Of a stretch of 64,000 nt of DNA, positions 9,802 through 20,175 are shown in pieces. A program made the position numbers and the translations under genes. The notes under the pieces were generated by a model. That model saw nothing but the letters and a program-made list of their open reading frames with translations. It ran no database searches and was not told where the DNA came from. Origin of the DNA: an uncultured Acidimicrobiia bacterium (GTDB taxonomy: Bacteria > Actinomycetota > Acidimicrobiia > Spongiisociales > UBA5794). The DNA lies in NCBI GenBank assembly GCA_963714055.1, contig OY970227.1, forward strand, positions 499,079 to 563,078. The letters run 5' to 3'. The first letter of the stretch is position 1, and each line of letters begins with the position of its first letter.

Positions 9802-11265
9802 ATGGCCCCCCTGACCGCCCGCCTCCTCGTGTTCTTCACCGCGGCGGCGGTGCTGGTGATGGAGATCCTGGCGGGCCGTCTCCTCGCACCGTACGTAGGG
9901 GTCACGTTGGAGACATTCACCGGGATCATCGGGACCGTCCTCGCCGGGATCTCGCTGGGGGCGTGGGCCGGGGGACGGCTGGCCGACCGCCACCCGCCGG
10001 TGCGCCTGTTGGGCCCGGCGCTCGTCGTCGGCGGGCTGTTCGTGCTCCTCGCCCCCACCATCGTCGCCGCCGTGGGCCCGGCGCTCACCGGCGGCGGGCC
10101 GGTGGAGATCGTCGTCCTGGCCGCCCTGGGCTTCTTCGTCCCTGCAGTGGTGCTGAGCACGGTGACGCCGATCGTGGCCAAGATCACCCTCGACGACCTC
10201 GCCGAGACCGGATCCGTGGTCGGCGGGCTGTCCGCCACAGGTACCGCCGGCGCCATCTTCGGCACCTTCCTCACCGGGTTCGTGCTGCTCGCCGCGCTAC
10301 CCAGCCGGCCGATCGTGCTGGCGGTCGGCGTCGCCCTGGTGATCGCGGGGACGATCCTCGCCGCTCGCTCCACCAAGCTCGGGCCTCCCGGGGTGGCAGC
10401 CGTAGTGGCGGCGACGCTGGTCGGGGCGGCCCTGCTCGGGATCGTGTCGGGGCCCTGCCAGTTCGAGACCGGCTACTTCTGCGCCCGCGTCACCACCGAC
10501 GAGCTCCGGGAGAGCGGCCGGGTGCTGTGGTTGGACACCCTGCGCCACTCGTACGTCGACCTGCTCGACCCCAGCTACCTCGATTTCCGCTATGCCCGGC
10601 TGGTGGCGGACACCGTGCTCACCACCGCACCCGACGGTCCCCTCGACGCCCTCTACATCGGGGGAGGCGGATTCACCCTCCCCCGCTGGCTGTCCGCCGA
10701 GCGGCCCGGGAGCACCAACACCGTGCTCGAGCTCGATCCCAGCCTGGTCGACATCGCCGAGGACGAGCTCGGGCTGGTCACCGCCGAGATCGACGAGATC
10801 GCCATCGGCGATGCCCGCCTCGGCATCGACGACACCCCGGAAGGGGCGTTCGAGGTCGTGGTGGGAGATGCCTTCGGCGGGCTGTCGGTGCCATGGCATC
10901 TCACCACCCGCGAGTTCCTCGAGGACATCGACTCCCGGCTGGCACCGGGAGGCCTCTATGTGATGAACCTGATCGACTACCCACCGTTCCGCTTCGCCAG
11001 GGCGGAAGCGGCCACGCTCGCCGAGGTGTTTCCCGAGGTGCTGGTGCTGGCCCCGCCGGACTACCTGCACGGGAGGGCCGGGGGCAACGTCGTGCTCGCC
11101 GCCGGGGCGGCACCCTTCGACGTCGCCTCGATCGAAGCCGCCATCGCCGACCGGGCCGGCTCCGAGGTGGCCCTCACCGGGGCCGAAGCCGCCGAGTGGA
11201 TCGACGGCTCCCCGATCCTCACCGACGACTTCGCCCCGGTCGACCAGTGGATCAGCCGGGGCTGA
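9802..11265 (+). CDS. fused membrane-domain / spermidine synthase-like polyamine aminopropyltransferase
   Basis: N-terminal ~200 aa with multiple TM helices, then the Spermine_synth signature LYIGGGGFTLPRW...VVVGDAFGG...PWHLTTREF...PGGLYVMNLID. Confidence 0.7.
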   Translation: MAPLTARLLVFFTAAAVLVMEILAGRLLAPYVGVTLETFTGIIGTVLAGISLGAWAGGRLADRHPPVRLLGPALVVGGLFVLLAPTIVAAVGPALTGGGPVEIVVLAALGFFVPAVVLSTVTPIVAKITLDDLAETGSVVGGLSATGTAGAIFGTFLTGFVLLAALPSRPIVLAVGVALVIAGTILAARSTKLGPPGVAAVVAATLVGAALLGIVSGPCQFETGYFCARVTTDELRESGRVLWLDTLRHSYVDLLDPSYLDFRYARLVADTVLTTAPDGPLDALYIGGGGFTLPRWLSAERPGSTNTVLELDPSLVDIAEDELGLVTAEIDEIAIGDARLGIDDTPEGAFEVVVGDAFGGLSVPWHLTTREFLEDIDSRLAPGGLYVMNLIDYPPFRFARAEAATLAEVFPEVLVLAPPDYLHGRAGGNVVLAAGAAPFDVASIEAAIADRAGSEVALTGAEAAEWIDGSPILTDDFAPVDQWISRG

Positions 11266-11291
11266 GCCGGTCCAGCCAGTCCATCAGGACG

Positions 11292-11987
11292 TCACGGAAC
11301 GCCTCGTACCGGTTGCGGTGGATCGAGTGCTCCCCGCCCGGGATCATCACGTAGTCGACTCCGGGCAACCTGGCGGCCGCCTCGCCGTCCGCCGCGCTCG
11401 ACCAGGGCCCCGACCGCAGGGTCGGCGCCGATGAGCAGCGTCGGGATCCCCAGCTCGGCGAGCCATGGGCGGGTATCGATCGAGCCGATCGCCTCCAGCG
11501 TCCTGCCGACCACCTCGGGCCCCGCTTGGCGCAGCGCCTCCACCTTGGCGGCAACGTCCCTGGGCGCCCACCCGGGATGGCGGGCGGCGATGGTCGCCAC
11601 GTCGATCGTGCCGGCGAAGTCCTCGAGCAGCCATCCCCGCACCTGCTCGGAATCGGCCAGCACCAGCGCCGGGTCCTCGAGCACCAGCGCCGTGGTCCAG
11701 TCGGGGTCGGCCGCTTGGCAGGCGACCGCAACCAGCCCGCCCAGCGAGTGTCCGAGCACCACGTCCCAACCGGAGCCGAGGGCGAGGATGTCGTCGCGAT
11801 AGGCATCGAGCCGGTGGTCGTCCACCGGCGGCGAGTCGCCGTGAGCCCGCAGGTCGGGCGCCGTCACCGAGTACCCGGCGGCGGTGAGGTCGGGGCCGAG
11901 CCGCCACCACCCGTTGGCGTTCGACAGGATGCCGTGGATGAGCAGCATCCGGCGCTCGCCGTTGCCGAAGCCACGTTCCGGGCTCAT
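11292..11987 (-). CDS. alpha/beta-hydrolase fold protein with apparent C-terminal frameshift (~11400)
   Basis: LLIHGILSNANGWWRL...GHSLGG motif. The authentic C-terminus (LPGVDYVMIPGGEHSIHRNRYEAFRDVLMDWL) sits in the -1 frame. The shift occurs in a gcgcggcgg run. Confidence 0.6.
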   Translation of the reverse strand: MSPERGFGNGERRMLLIHGILSNANGWWRLGPDLTAAGYSVTAPDLRAHGDSPPVDDHRLDAYRDDILALGSGWDVVLGHSLGGLVAVACQAADPDWTTALVLEDPALVLADSEQVRGWLLEDFAGTIDVATIAARHPGWAPRDVAAKVEALRQAGPEVVGRTLEAIGSIDTRPWLAELGIPTLLIGADPAVGALVERGGRRGGRQVARSRLRDDPGRGALDPPQPVRGVP

Positions 11988-12427
11988 GCCGTCCCGCGGG
12001 TCCTCACCATGATGCAGGCGTTGACCACCGCGGTCAGGTCGTTGGCGGCGATGAAACGCTCGACCTCCGGGTCCTCGGCGCCGGGTTGGACCCAGACGTT
12101 GTCGAGATCGAGAGCGACCACCTGCTCCAACACCTTCATCGTCTGGTCGGGTGGCACCACGATGTCGATGACCGTGGGGTGGACCGGCAGCGAAGCCAGG
12201 TCGGGGTAGGCAGGGTCACCGTCGACGGTGGACCGGCGGAGGTTCACCGGGTAGACGGTGTATCCCTTCGCCTTCAGGTCTCGATAGATGACCGAGCCGT
12301 ACTTGGCCGGGTTGTCGGTGGCGCCGACCACGGCGACCGAGGCGCCCGGTTCGGAGAGCAGTGCGACGAGATCGGCCACGGTGCAACGGTAGCGCCACCC
12401 GGATGGAATCCCGGGTGGCGCTGCCAC
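11984..12427 (-). CDS. CoA-binding domain protein (PF13380)
   Basis: VAVVGATDNPAKYGSVIYRDLKAKGYTVYPVN is the CoA_binding_2 signature. The stop overlaps the downstream hydrolase start (ATGA coupling). Confidence 0.65.
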   Translation of the reverse strand: MAAPPGIPSGWRYRCTVADLVALLSEPGASVAVVGATDNPAKYGSVIYRDLKAKGYTVYPVNLRRSTVDGDPAYPDLASLPVHPTVIDIVVPPDQTMKVLEQVVALDLDNVWVQPGAEDPEVERFIAANDLTAVVNACIMVRTRGTA

Positions 12428-12448
12428 CGACCGCAGCGGATCGGTCGG

Positions 12449-12913
12449 TCACGGACCGGCGTGGTTCGCCTCGTCCGGGGTCTCGGGCTCGCCGCCAACC
12501 TGCTGACCGCCGTCCACCGCCTCGTCCAGGGCGGTCACGGCTCCGTCGCTCTCGACAGCGAGCGGGCCGGCATCGTCGGCCGCTGCTTGGGCGGTGAGCA
12601 CGTCGTCAGCAGCCGCGTCCGACGGGACGGTCGTGTCCACGTAGTCGTCGACCTCGCGCCGAGCCTGGCTGAGCAGCGGGTCGGTGGCCACGGCGGCCGT
12701 CTGCGCCGGGTCGGCCACCGCCACCGCTCTGCGGTCGGTGCCGGGGCGCACGGCGGCGATGAGCAGGGCCAGTCCGCCGACGATGAGCATGATCGCCCAC
12801 ACCCCGCCGCGGCCGAAGGGCCAGGGATCGTCCACGAAGACCGCCGAGAGGGCTCCGGCGATGAACAGCAGCCCGAAGAAGAAGGAGATTGCGTCGAATG
12901 GATGTCGGTACAT
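12449..12913 (-). CDS. hypothetical small membrane protein
   Basis: Two predicted TM helices (FFFGLLFIAGALSAVF, VWAIMLIVGGLALLIAAV) then an acidic tail. It follows a PspC-domain gene on the same strand. Confidence 0.45.
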   Translation of the reverse strand: MYRHPFDAISFFFGLLFIAGALSAVFVDDPWPFGRGGVWAIMLIVGGLALLIAAVRPGTDRRAVAVADPAQTAAVATDPLLSQARREVDDYVDTTVPSDAAADDVLTAQAAADDAGPLAVESDGAVTALDEAVDGGQQVGGEPETPDEANHAGP

Positions 12914-12924
12914 GAAGAGGCCTC

Positions 12925-14235
12925 TCAGTTCTCGGTGATTTCGATGTGACCGGCGCCCATGTCGAGATCGAGGTGGAGGGTCGGTTCCCCGGCGACGGTG
13001 CTCTCGAAGGTGCGGGTGTGATCGAAGCCGCCTTCCTCGTCCCCGAAGAGGGTGATGGCACCGGCGCCGACGTTGGCTTCGATGCTCACCGATGCATCGT
13101 CGGGGAGGACGACCCGCAGCTGGCCGATGCCCTGCTCGACGGCGACGGTGGTGTCCTCCCGCAGCTCGACCTGGGTCAGGTCGAGGGTGAACTCGCCGAT
13201 CCCGTGCTCGTACTCGGGCTGGAGCGTCTCACTCCGGTCGGGAGCGACGGTCTCCTGTCCCCACTCCCCCCCAATCGGGATGTTGACGGCGGCGGTGGCG
13301 AACAGCAGCGGGGAGGCGAGCAGCCCGACCAGGATCAGTCCGTGGGCTCGCCCGAAGAAGGTGCCGACAAGCAGGCCGGCGCCGATCACGATGAAGCCGG
13401 CGGCGAAGTAGTCGCCCAGATCCAAGTCGACGTTCCCCACCGTGTGGAGCAGCCCCATCGTCCCCAGGGTGATCAGCAACACCGCAAAGGTCAGCCGGCC
13501 AAGGTAGGAGCGGGGCCGGGACGGCACGTGGGGGCTCGGCGGCGGCGGCACCGAGTCGAAGGCAACGGGAGGCGGCGGTGGTGGGGTGGCGCCGGGCGGC
13601 GTTGCCGGGGGGAACGTGACGGTATCGGCGCCGTCCGCCGGGTCGCGGTACGTCTCGACCACCGGCGAGACCCACGCCGCCGCCACCGGCGGTGTGGGCT
13701 CGATATCGGGGCCGTCTGCGGCGGGGTCAGCCGGGATGGCGGGCGCCGGACGGGCCGGCAGGGGCCCCGGCGGCGGCGTCTCGCCATCGGGCGGTGACGA
13801 CCCACCGGGGGTGGTGGCATCCCTGCCCGTCTGCCCCCGGTAGAGCAGGAAGCCGGCCAGGAACAGGGCGGCGGCGAAGACGAGCTGGAAGCTGAAGAGG
13901 TCGGCGGCGCCGATGAGCACGGCACCCGCCACCACGATCAACCCGATCCCCAGCCAGGCCGAGGAGCCGGTGCGGCCGGACAGGAAGTCCTCCGCCACCG
14001 ACTTGTCCGCCCCTTCCTCGGGGATCGCCAGCCATCCCACCAGGTAGAGCAGGGCCCCGAGCCCGCCGAAGAAGGCGGTGACGATGAAGCCGAGCCTGAT
14101 CCACGACGGGGAGACGTCCAGCCGGCGAGCCAGCCCGCCGGCGACTCCCCCGAGGATGGCGCCGTCCCGGATCCGGGTGAGGCCTCCGGGGGCGGGACGT
14201 TGCTCGGGTCGTTGTGTGGTCATGTGGTTGGTCAT
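12925..14235 (-). CDS. PspC-domain membrane protein with Pro-rich linker and C-terminal beta-rich domain
   Basis: ILGGVAGGLARRLDVSPSWIRLGFIVTAF is the PspC domain. Start chosen at an internal ATG so as not to overlap the divergent kinase. Confidence 0.7.
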   Translation of the reverse strand: MTNHMTTQRPEQRPAPGGLTRIRDGAILGGVAGGLARRLDVSPSWIRLGFIVTAFFGGLGALLYLVGWLAIPEEGADKSVAEDFLSGRTGSSAWLGIGLIVVAGAVLIGAADLFSFQLVFAAALFLAGFLLYRGQTGRDATTPGGSSPPDGETPPPGPLPARPAPAIPADPAADGPDIEPTPPVAAAWVSPVVETYRDPADGADTVTFPPATPPGATPPPPPPVAFDSVPPPPSPHVPSRPRSYLGRLTFAVLLITLGTMGLLHTVGNVDLDLGDYFAAGFIVIGAGLLVGTFFGRAHGLILVGLLASPLLFATAAVNIPIGGEWGQETVAPDRSETLQPEYEHGIGEFTLDLTQVELREDTTVAVEQGIGQLRVVLPDDASVSIEANVGAGAITLFGDEEGGFDHTRTFESTVAGEPTLHLDLDMGAGHIEITEN

Positions 14236-14366
14236 GCCCTCAATGTGCGTCACCGGCGATGTTCGCGCCATCGGGGATGACCCTGGACAGTCCCTGAGAT
14301 CACGGCGGGGCGGCCAGGGTGATCCCCTGTTGTGGCCCACCGGCCGCTGTGACACCATCGCGGCCG

Positions 14367-15563
14367 ATGACGACCTCGCCGCCGGCCTCTCCTCATTGGG
14401 CCGAGAACTGGAGCGGGCTCCGCGAGTACTTGACCCGGAGCACCGACGACCGCGTCGTCACCGGGGTCGCCGGCGGGTTGGCGGCCCGTCTCGGGATGGG
14501 CTCGGGCTACGTGCGCGCCGGCTTCGTCGGGTTGGCACTCACCGGCCTGGGACTGGTGCTGTACCCGGTGCTGTACGTCCTCTCCGCCGGCACGGCGCCG
14601 AGCGCCACCCTGGCGCGCAGCCCGATCGATGGCCGGCAGAAGGTCGGGCTGGCCTTGATGTTCGCCGGGGTGACGGTCGCCGCCGCCGTGCTCACCGACC
14701 CCTGGTTCAACGGCCCGGCACTGGCCGCCCTCATCCTGATCGCCTTCGGCGTCGCCGCGGTGTGGGACCGAAGCGTCAGCGGTTCCACCGGTGGCGACAC
14801 CAATCAGAGCCGGCTCCGAATCATCATGGGGGCGGCGGTGATCCTCGCCGGCATGGCCCTGCTCATCGGTGCCAGCTACCGGGTGTCCGACCTGGCCCCG
14901 ATCGCCCTCGCCGTCGGCATCACCGGCGCCGGCGTGCTCCTGGTGTTCGGCCCGTGGGCGATGCGGCTGGCCACCGATCTGGCCGAGGAGCGACGTGACC
15001 GCATCCGCTCCGAGGAGCGCGCCGAGATGGCCGCCCACCTTCACGACTCGGTGCTGCAGACGTTCGCCATGATCCAGAGGACAGACGACCCCCGCAAGAT
15101 GGCCACCCTGGCACGCTCCCAGGAACGGGAGTTGCGGGCATGGCTGTACGGCAGCCGCAATTCCGAGCACGGTCGGATGCTGTCCGACGCCCTCGAAGAG
15201 ATGGCGGACCGGGTGGAGCAGGCGACCGACGTCCCGGTGGAGGTGGTGGTGGTCAGCGACCTGGCGATGGGGCCGAAGCTCGAAGCGGTGGTGGCCGCTT
15301 CCGGCGAGGCCATGACCAACGCCGCCCGGCACTCCGGTGCCGGCAAGGTGTCGGTGTACGCCGAGGTGGACGGCGCGGTGCTCGAGGTCTTCGTGACCGA
15401 CCAGGGGGTGGGGTTCGACTCAACGGCGCTGCCCGCCGACCGGCACGGGCTCCGTGAGTCGGTCATCGGCCGGATGCAGCGCCACGGCGGTGCCGCCACC
15501 GTCGTCAGCGAGCCCGGCGAGGGCACCGAGGTCCATCTCACCATGCCCCTGGAGGCGTCATGA
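14367..15563 (+). CDS. sensor histidine kinase with N-terminal PspC domain (HisKA_3 / HATPase_c)
   Basis: VVTGVAGGLAARLGM (PspC domain), TM helices, a phospho-acceptor His in the HLHD context (AAHLHDSVLQTF) and a GxGxG ATPase lid. Confidence 0.8.
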   Translation: MTTSPPASPHWAENWSGLREYLTRSTDDRVVTGVAGGLAARLGMGSGYVRAGFVGLALTGLGLVLYPVLYVLSAGTAPSATLARSPIDGRQKVGLALMFAGVTVAAAVLTDPWFNGPALAALILIAFGVAAVWDRSVSGSTGGDTNQSRLRIIMGAAVILAGMALLIGASYRVSDLAPIALAVGITGAGVLLVFGPWAMRLATDLAEERRDRIRSEERAEMAAHLHDSVLQTFAMIQRTDDPRKMATLARSQERELRAWLYGSRNSEHGRMLSDALEEMADRVEQATDVPVEVVVVSDLAMGPKLEAVVAASGEAMTNAARHSGAGKVSVYAEVDGAVLEVFVTDQGVGFDSTALPADRHGLRESVIGRMQRHGGAATVVSEPGEGTEVHLTMPLEAS

Positions 15564-16204
15564 CTCCCATTCGGGTGTTCCTGGTCGACGACCACGAGCT
15601 GTTCCTCTCCGGGGTGCGCGCCGAGCTGTCCGACCGGGACGGGTTCGACGTGGTCGGTTGGGCGAGCGACGTCGACGACGCGGTGGCTTCGATCCGCCGG
15701 CTGGTGCCCGACATCGTGCTCATCGACGTGCACATGCCGGGGGGTGGCGGCCTCGCCGTCATCCGCGGGGTGGCGGAGGCCAACCCGGAGGTCCGTTTCC
15801 TCGCCCTGTCCGTGTCCGACGCCCCCGACGACGTGATCGCCATGATCCGCGCCGGCGCCCGCGGCTACGTGACCAAGACCATCGCCGGCGACGAGCTGGC
15901 CGAGGCCCTGAAGCGCACCGCCGACGGCGACGCCGTGTTCTCGCCGCGCCTCGCCGGTTTCGTCCTCGACGCCTTCGCCGGGGCTCTGCCTCGTCCCGAG
16001 GATCCCGAGCTCGACCAGCTCACCCCCCGCGAGCGCGAGGTCCTGCGCCAGATCGCCCGGGGTCACACCTACAAGCAGGTGGCGCGCCGGCTGTCGATCT
16101 CGGTGAAGACCGTGGAGACCCATGTGTCGGCGGTGCTTCGCAAGCTGCAGCTCTCCAGCCGCCACGAGCTCGCCCGCTGGGCCACCGACCGCCGGATCGT
16201 GTGA
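15560..16204 (+). CDS. LuxR/NarL-family response regulator
   Basis: REC domain (VFLVDDHELF...D...VLIDVHMP) plus C-terminal LuxR HTH (LTPREREVLRQIARGHTYKQVARRLSISVKTVETH). The ATGA overlaps the kinase stop. Confidence 0.9.
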   Translation: MTPIRVFLVDDHELFLSGVRAELSDRDGFDVVGWASDVDDAVASIRRLVPDIVLIDVHMPGGGGLAVIRGVAEANPEVRFLALSVSDAPDDVIAMIRAGARGYVTKTIAGDELAEALKRTADGDAVFSPRLAGFVLDAFAGALPRPEDPELDQLTPREREVLRQIARGHTYKQVARRLSISVKTVETHVSAVLRKLQLSSRHELARWATDRRIV

Positions 16205-16208
16205 CTCG

Positions 16209-18833
16209 CTACGGCGAGCAACAGGCGAGGGCGTAGGCCACGGCCTCGTCGTACCCCATTGCCTTGCCCTGGCGATACCACTCGGCGTGCTCGCCGGTGA
16301 GCGCCTCCATCGTCTCGTACTCAAGGCCGCGCGGCAGGTTGATGGTGTACGTGACCAGGTCGGTCCCGGTGGTGATCCGCATGCTGTGGAAGGCGCCGGC
16401 GAGCCGCAGCTTCTCCTCGTCGTCGCCCTGCTCCTGGGCGAGTCCGGCCAGCCCGGCGACGAACATCACCGCCGCCGACTCGTCGTGGTGGGCGGCGAAC
16501 AGCGAGAGGCCTTCGTGGAAGTACCTGCCGGCGGCGTCGAGGTCGCCGCGGCGGATCGCGACGAAACCCAGCTCGTAGAGCCCCCACCCCCTCCCGAACT
16601 CGTTGCCCGCCTGCCGGTAGTAGTCGACACTGGCCTCGAACGGGTCGACGGCCTTGGCGAAGTCCCGGTCGATGAGGTAGGCGTTGCCTCTTCCCCAGGC
16701 GACGTCGCCCAGGCCTCCGACGTCGCCCAGTCGACGGTAGATCTCCTCCGCCTCGTCCAGCATGGCGACGGACTCGGCCACGCCGGTGCCGCCCTGCGGG
16801 CTGGCGAAGTCGACCGCCAGGGCCAGGTTGTAGAGGGCGTTGGCGATCTCGCTTGGATCGCCCACCTGCCGCTGCAACTCCAAGGCACGACGGTACGCGG
16901 CGAGGCACTCTTGGACGCCGCCCTGCCACCACAACACCCCGCCGAGCGCCTCCGTCGCCTTGGCCCTGCTCGCCAGCGTCCCTCCCGGCATGGCGAGCGC
17001 CGCGTCCAAGCGACGCCGGGCCTCGAGGAGGTGGCCCCGGGCCTGCCAGAAGCGCCACATCGCCGCGGTCAGCCGCAGCGCCCGCTCCGAGTCGCCTGCC
17101 TCCACCGCCCAATCGTTCGCCGTTCGGACGTTGTCGTGGTCGGCGGCGATCCGGTCGAGATAGAGCTTGCGGTCGTGGCCGAGGACATTGGCGGCCATCT
17201 CCTCGGCCAGCGCCGTGTAGACCTCGACATGCCGGCCCTTGATGGACTCGACTTCTCCCGACTCGGCCAGGCGCTCGGCGGCGTACTGCCGGATCACCTG
17301 CAGCATCCGGATGCGAGATCGGCCCTCGCGCTCGACCGGGAAGATCAAGCTCTGGTCGAGGAGGACGCCGAGCCCCTCGAGCACGTCCGACGACCCGTCG
17401 CCGCCGCACACCTGCTCGACCTCCTCGATGCCCCCGCCGCCGGAGAACACGGAGAGACGCCAGAAGAGCGTCCGATGCGGCTCGTCGAGCAGGTCATGGC
17501 TCCAGTCGATGGCGGCGGTGATGGTGCGCTGGCGTTCGGGAAGATCGACCGCACCGGAGGACAGGATCCGGTTGCCGAGCCGCTCCACGATGGTGCCGAC
17601 CGGGAGCAAACGCACCTGTGGGGCGACCAGCTCGATGGCGAGCGGCAGCCCGTCCAGCCGCCGAACCAGCTCGGCGACCGCCGCCGCATTCGCCTGGGTC
17701 AGCTCGAAGTCGGGCCGGACCGCCATCGCCCGCTCCACGAACAGCCGCGCCGCATCGACGTCGAGGAGCGACTCCACGCTGCCGTCGGGCACCTCGAGCG
17801 GGCGCACCGGCATCTCCTGCTCGCCGCTGATGTGGAGCGGGCCGCGCGAGGTGACCACGAACTTGGATCGGGACGAGACCCGGGCCAGTTCCGCCACCAG
17901 CGGGGCGGCGCCGATGATCTGCTCGAAGTTGTCGAGGATGAGGAGCACCTCCTTGTCACCGAGGTGCTCGAGCAGGGCATCGGTGGGTGACCGGGTGCCG
18001 ATCGGGGCCTGCAGCCCGAGGGAGTTCAGCACCTGGGTGGGAACGACGTCGACGTCGCTCACCGGTGCCAGGTCCACGAAGAACACCCCGTTGCGGAAGG
18101 TGGCCCCGAGCTCGGCGCCGACCTGCAGGGCGAGTCGGGTCTTCCCGGTGCCCCCCGGCCCGGTGAGCGTGAGGACCCGGGTGGCCTCGAGCAGCCGCAA
18201 TGCCTCGGCCAGCTCGTCTTCCCTCCCCACGAAGCTGGTGGCGATTGCGGGGAGGTTGTTCGGTATGGCATCGAGGGTGTTGAGGACGGGGAACTCCTCC
18301 TGCAGCCCGGGGACGACCAGCTGGAAGATCGCCTCCGGTTGCGCCAGGTCCTTGAGCCGGTGCTTGCCCAGGTCGCGCAGCGCCAGGTCGTCCGGGATTT
18401 CCCGCTCCGCCAGCACCGCGGTCGCCTCGGAGAGCACCGTCTGCCCGCCGTGGGCGGCAGCGGCGATTCGAGCGGCCCGATGGACGTCGATTCCCACGTA
18501 GTCGTCGCCACCGAGAACCCCGGCGCCGGTGTGCACCCCGATGCGCGACCGCACGGCCAACTCGTCCGGCCACGGATGGGCGGCGAGAGCACGCTGTGCG
18601 TCGGCGGCGGCGACCAAGGCGTCGGCGGCGGCAGGGAACACCGCGAAGAAGGAGTCCCCCTCGGTCTTGACCACGGTGCCGCCCCGGTCCTCGATCGCCC
18701 GCCGCACCAGCCGGTTGTGGTCGTCGAGAGCGCCCACCCATGCCTCCCCAAGCGTCTGGACGAGCCGGGTCGAGCCTTCGATGTCCGTGAAGACGAAGGT
18801 CACGGTGCCGGTCGGCAGTGGGACGCGGATCAT
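16209..18833 (-). CDS. class III adenylate/guanylate cyclase fused to AAA/STAND ATPase and TPR domains
   Basis: N-terminal CHD motifs (FVFTDIEGSTRL, EGDSFFAVF, HTGAGV), then a Walker A motif (GPGGTGKTRLA), then TPR-like repeats. Confidence 0.8.
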   Translation of the reverse strand: MIRVPLPTGTVTFVFTDIEGSTRLVQTLGEAWVGALDDHNRLVRRAIEDRGGTVVKTEGDSFFAVFPAAADALVAAADAQRALAAHPWPDELAVRSRIGVHTGAGVLGGDDYVGIDVHRAARIAAAAHGGQTVLSEATAVLAEREIPDDLALRDLGKHRLKDLAQPEAIFQLVVPGLQEEFPVLNTLDAIPNNLPAIATSFVGREDELAEALRLLEATRVLTLTGPGGTGKTRLALQVGAELGATFRNGVFFVDLAPVSDVDVVPTQVLNSLGLQAPIGTRSPTDALLEHLGDKEVLLILDNFEQIIGAAPLVAELARVSSRSKFVVTSRGPLHISGEQEMPVRPLEVPDGSVESLLDVDAARLFVERAMAVRPDFELTQANAAAVAELVRRLDGLPLAIELVAPQVRLLPVGTIVERLGNRILSSGAVDLPERQRTITAAIDWSHDLLDEPHRTLFWRLSVFSGGGGIEEVEQVCGGDGSSDVLEGLGVLLDQSLIFPVEREGRSRIRMLQVIRQYAAERLAESGEVESIKGRHVEVYTALAEEMAANVLGHDRKLYLDRIAADHDNVRTANDWAVEAGDSERALRLTAAMWRFWQARGHLLEARRRLDAALAMPGGTLASRAKATEALGGVLWWQGGVQECLAAYRRALELQRQVGDPSEIANALYNLALAVDFASPQGGTGVAESVAMLDEAEEIYRRLGDVGGLGDVAWGRGNAYLIDRDFAKAVDPFEASVDYYRQAGNEFGRGWGLYELGFVAIRRGDLDAAGRYFHEGLSLFAAHHDESAAVMFVAGLAGLAQEQGDDEEKLRLAGAFHSMRITTGTDLVTYTINLPRGLEYETMEALTGEHAEWYRQGKAMGYDEAVAYALACCSP

Positions 18834-18902
18834 GGGTTCCTCGACGGTTCCTCCAAAGGACGATTCAACCATCACGCGGCCCACGCTGTGCCGGGAACCG
18901 GC

Positions 18903-20078
18903 TCAGCCACCCCCCGGCACCGGGGTGGTGGGGGCGATGGACACGGGGGCGGTGCGCAGCCTCAAGTCGACCAACACCATCGCCGTCCCCGTGGCCACCA
19001 GCACCGGGGCGACGACGGGCACACCGAACGGGCCTACCAGGAGGCCGATCAGCCCGGGCACGAGGCTGGCGCCGAGCGAGGCGGCGGCCATCTGGTACCC
19101 GACCATGTTGGCGGTACCCCCGGTGCCGGTCCGCCCCGGGGTCAGCAGCATCTGCAGCGGGAAGATCGGTCCCATCGAGAAGCCGCACACCACCAACGCC
19201 GCCGGGCCGACCCAGGGGGCCGGCGACCACCAAACGACCGCCATGGCGACGACGGCGACGACAGCCGAGCCGGTCGACAGCTGGGGCGCGGGGAGCCGGT
19301 CGCCGAGCCCGGTGAGCAGGAGCCGAGCAGCGGTCAGGGCGCCGTAGAAGCCGGTCACCGCCAGCCCGGCGACGGCCGCGGTCAGCCCGCGGCCCTCGGT
19401 GAACAGGGTGAACGCCCACTGACCGGCGCCGACCTCGAAACCGGTGTAGAGGACGAACAGGCCGAGCGCCCACCAAGCCGACCCGGGCAGACGGCGCGAG
19501 CGGCGGTCCCCCTCAGGAGGCGGCGGAGATGACGCCCATCCCGAGGTCGCACCCGACATGAGCACCACGACGGCGACCTGCACGATGGCCAATCCGGCGA
19601 ACCCCCACCGCCACGAGACGCCGGCGGAGATCAGAGTGGTGAAGAACAGCGGGCCGAGGGCGGCCCCGATCCCATAACCGGCGTGGAGCATCCCCATCCC
19701 CCGCGCCCCATGGCGCAAGGTGACATGGGTGTTGGTGCCGGCCTCCAGGTACCCGGCGGCGAACCCGAGAACGAGCACGGACCCGAGCAGCACCGCCCGG
19801 TTGGGCGCCAGTGCCTGGCCGGCGATGCCGACCGCGGCGAGCGCCGCCGCCCATCGCAACATCGGGCCGGGGCCGATGCGCGCCGCCACCGACCCGCTCG
19901 ACAGGGTCGAGACCAGGAAGCCGCCGACCGACACGGCGATGAGCAGCCCGAGCTGGCCCACCGGCATCGCCAGGTCGCCCGCCATGGAGGGCCAGGCGAC
20001 CCCGCTGGAGGTGAGCGGCATCGCCAGCACCAGGGTGAGGACGGTGGCGAGCCCGAGGAGGCGGCGGGCGGCTTGCAC
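18903..20078 (-). CDS. MFS transporter
   Basis: 12 hydrophobic segments and 391 aa; typical MFS topology. Confidence 0.75.
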   Translation of the reverse strand: MQAARRLLGLATVLTLVLAMPLTSSGVAWPSMAGDLAMPVGQLGLLIAVSVGGFLVSTLSSGSVAARIGPGPMLRWAAALAAVGIAGQALAPNRAVLLGSVLVLGFAAGYLEAGTNTHVTLRHGARGMGMLHAGYGIGAALGPLFFTTLISAGVSWRWGFAGLAIVQVAVVVLMSGATSGWASSPPPPEGDRRSRRLPGSAWWALGLFVLYTGFEVGAGQWAFTLFTEGRGLTAAVAGLAVTGFYGALTAARLLLTGLGDRLPAPQLSTGSAVVAVVAMAVVWWSPAPWVGPAALVVCGFSMGPIFPLQMLLTPGRTGTGGTANMVGYQMAAASLGASLVPGLIGLLVGPFGVPVVAPVLVATGTAMVLVDLRLRTAPVSIAPTTPVPGGG

Positions 20079-20175
20079 GGCGGGACGTTACCCGGAGGGA
20101 CATTCGACCCTGGCGGGTGCCGGCGCAGCCGTCACATGCTCGACAAGTGAGATCCCGGAACCCGAGGAGACAGCC

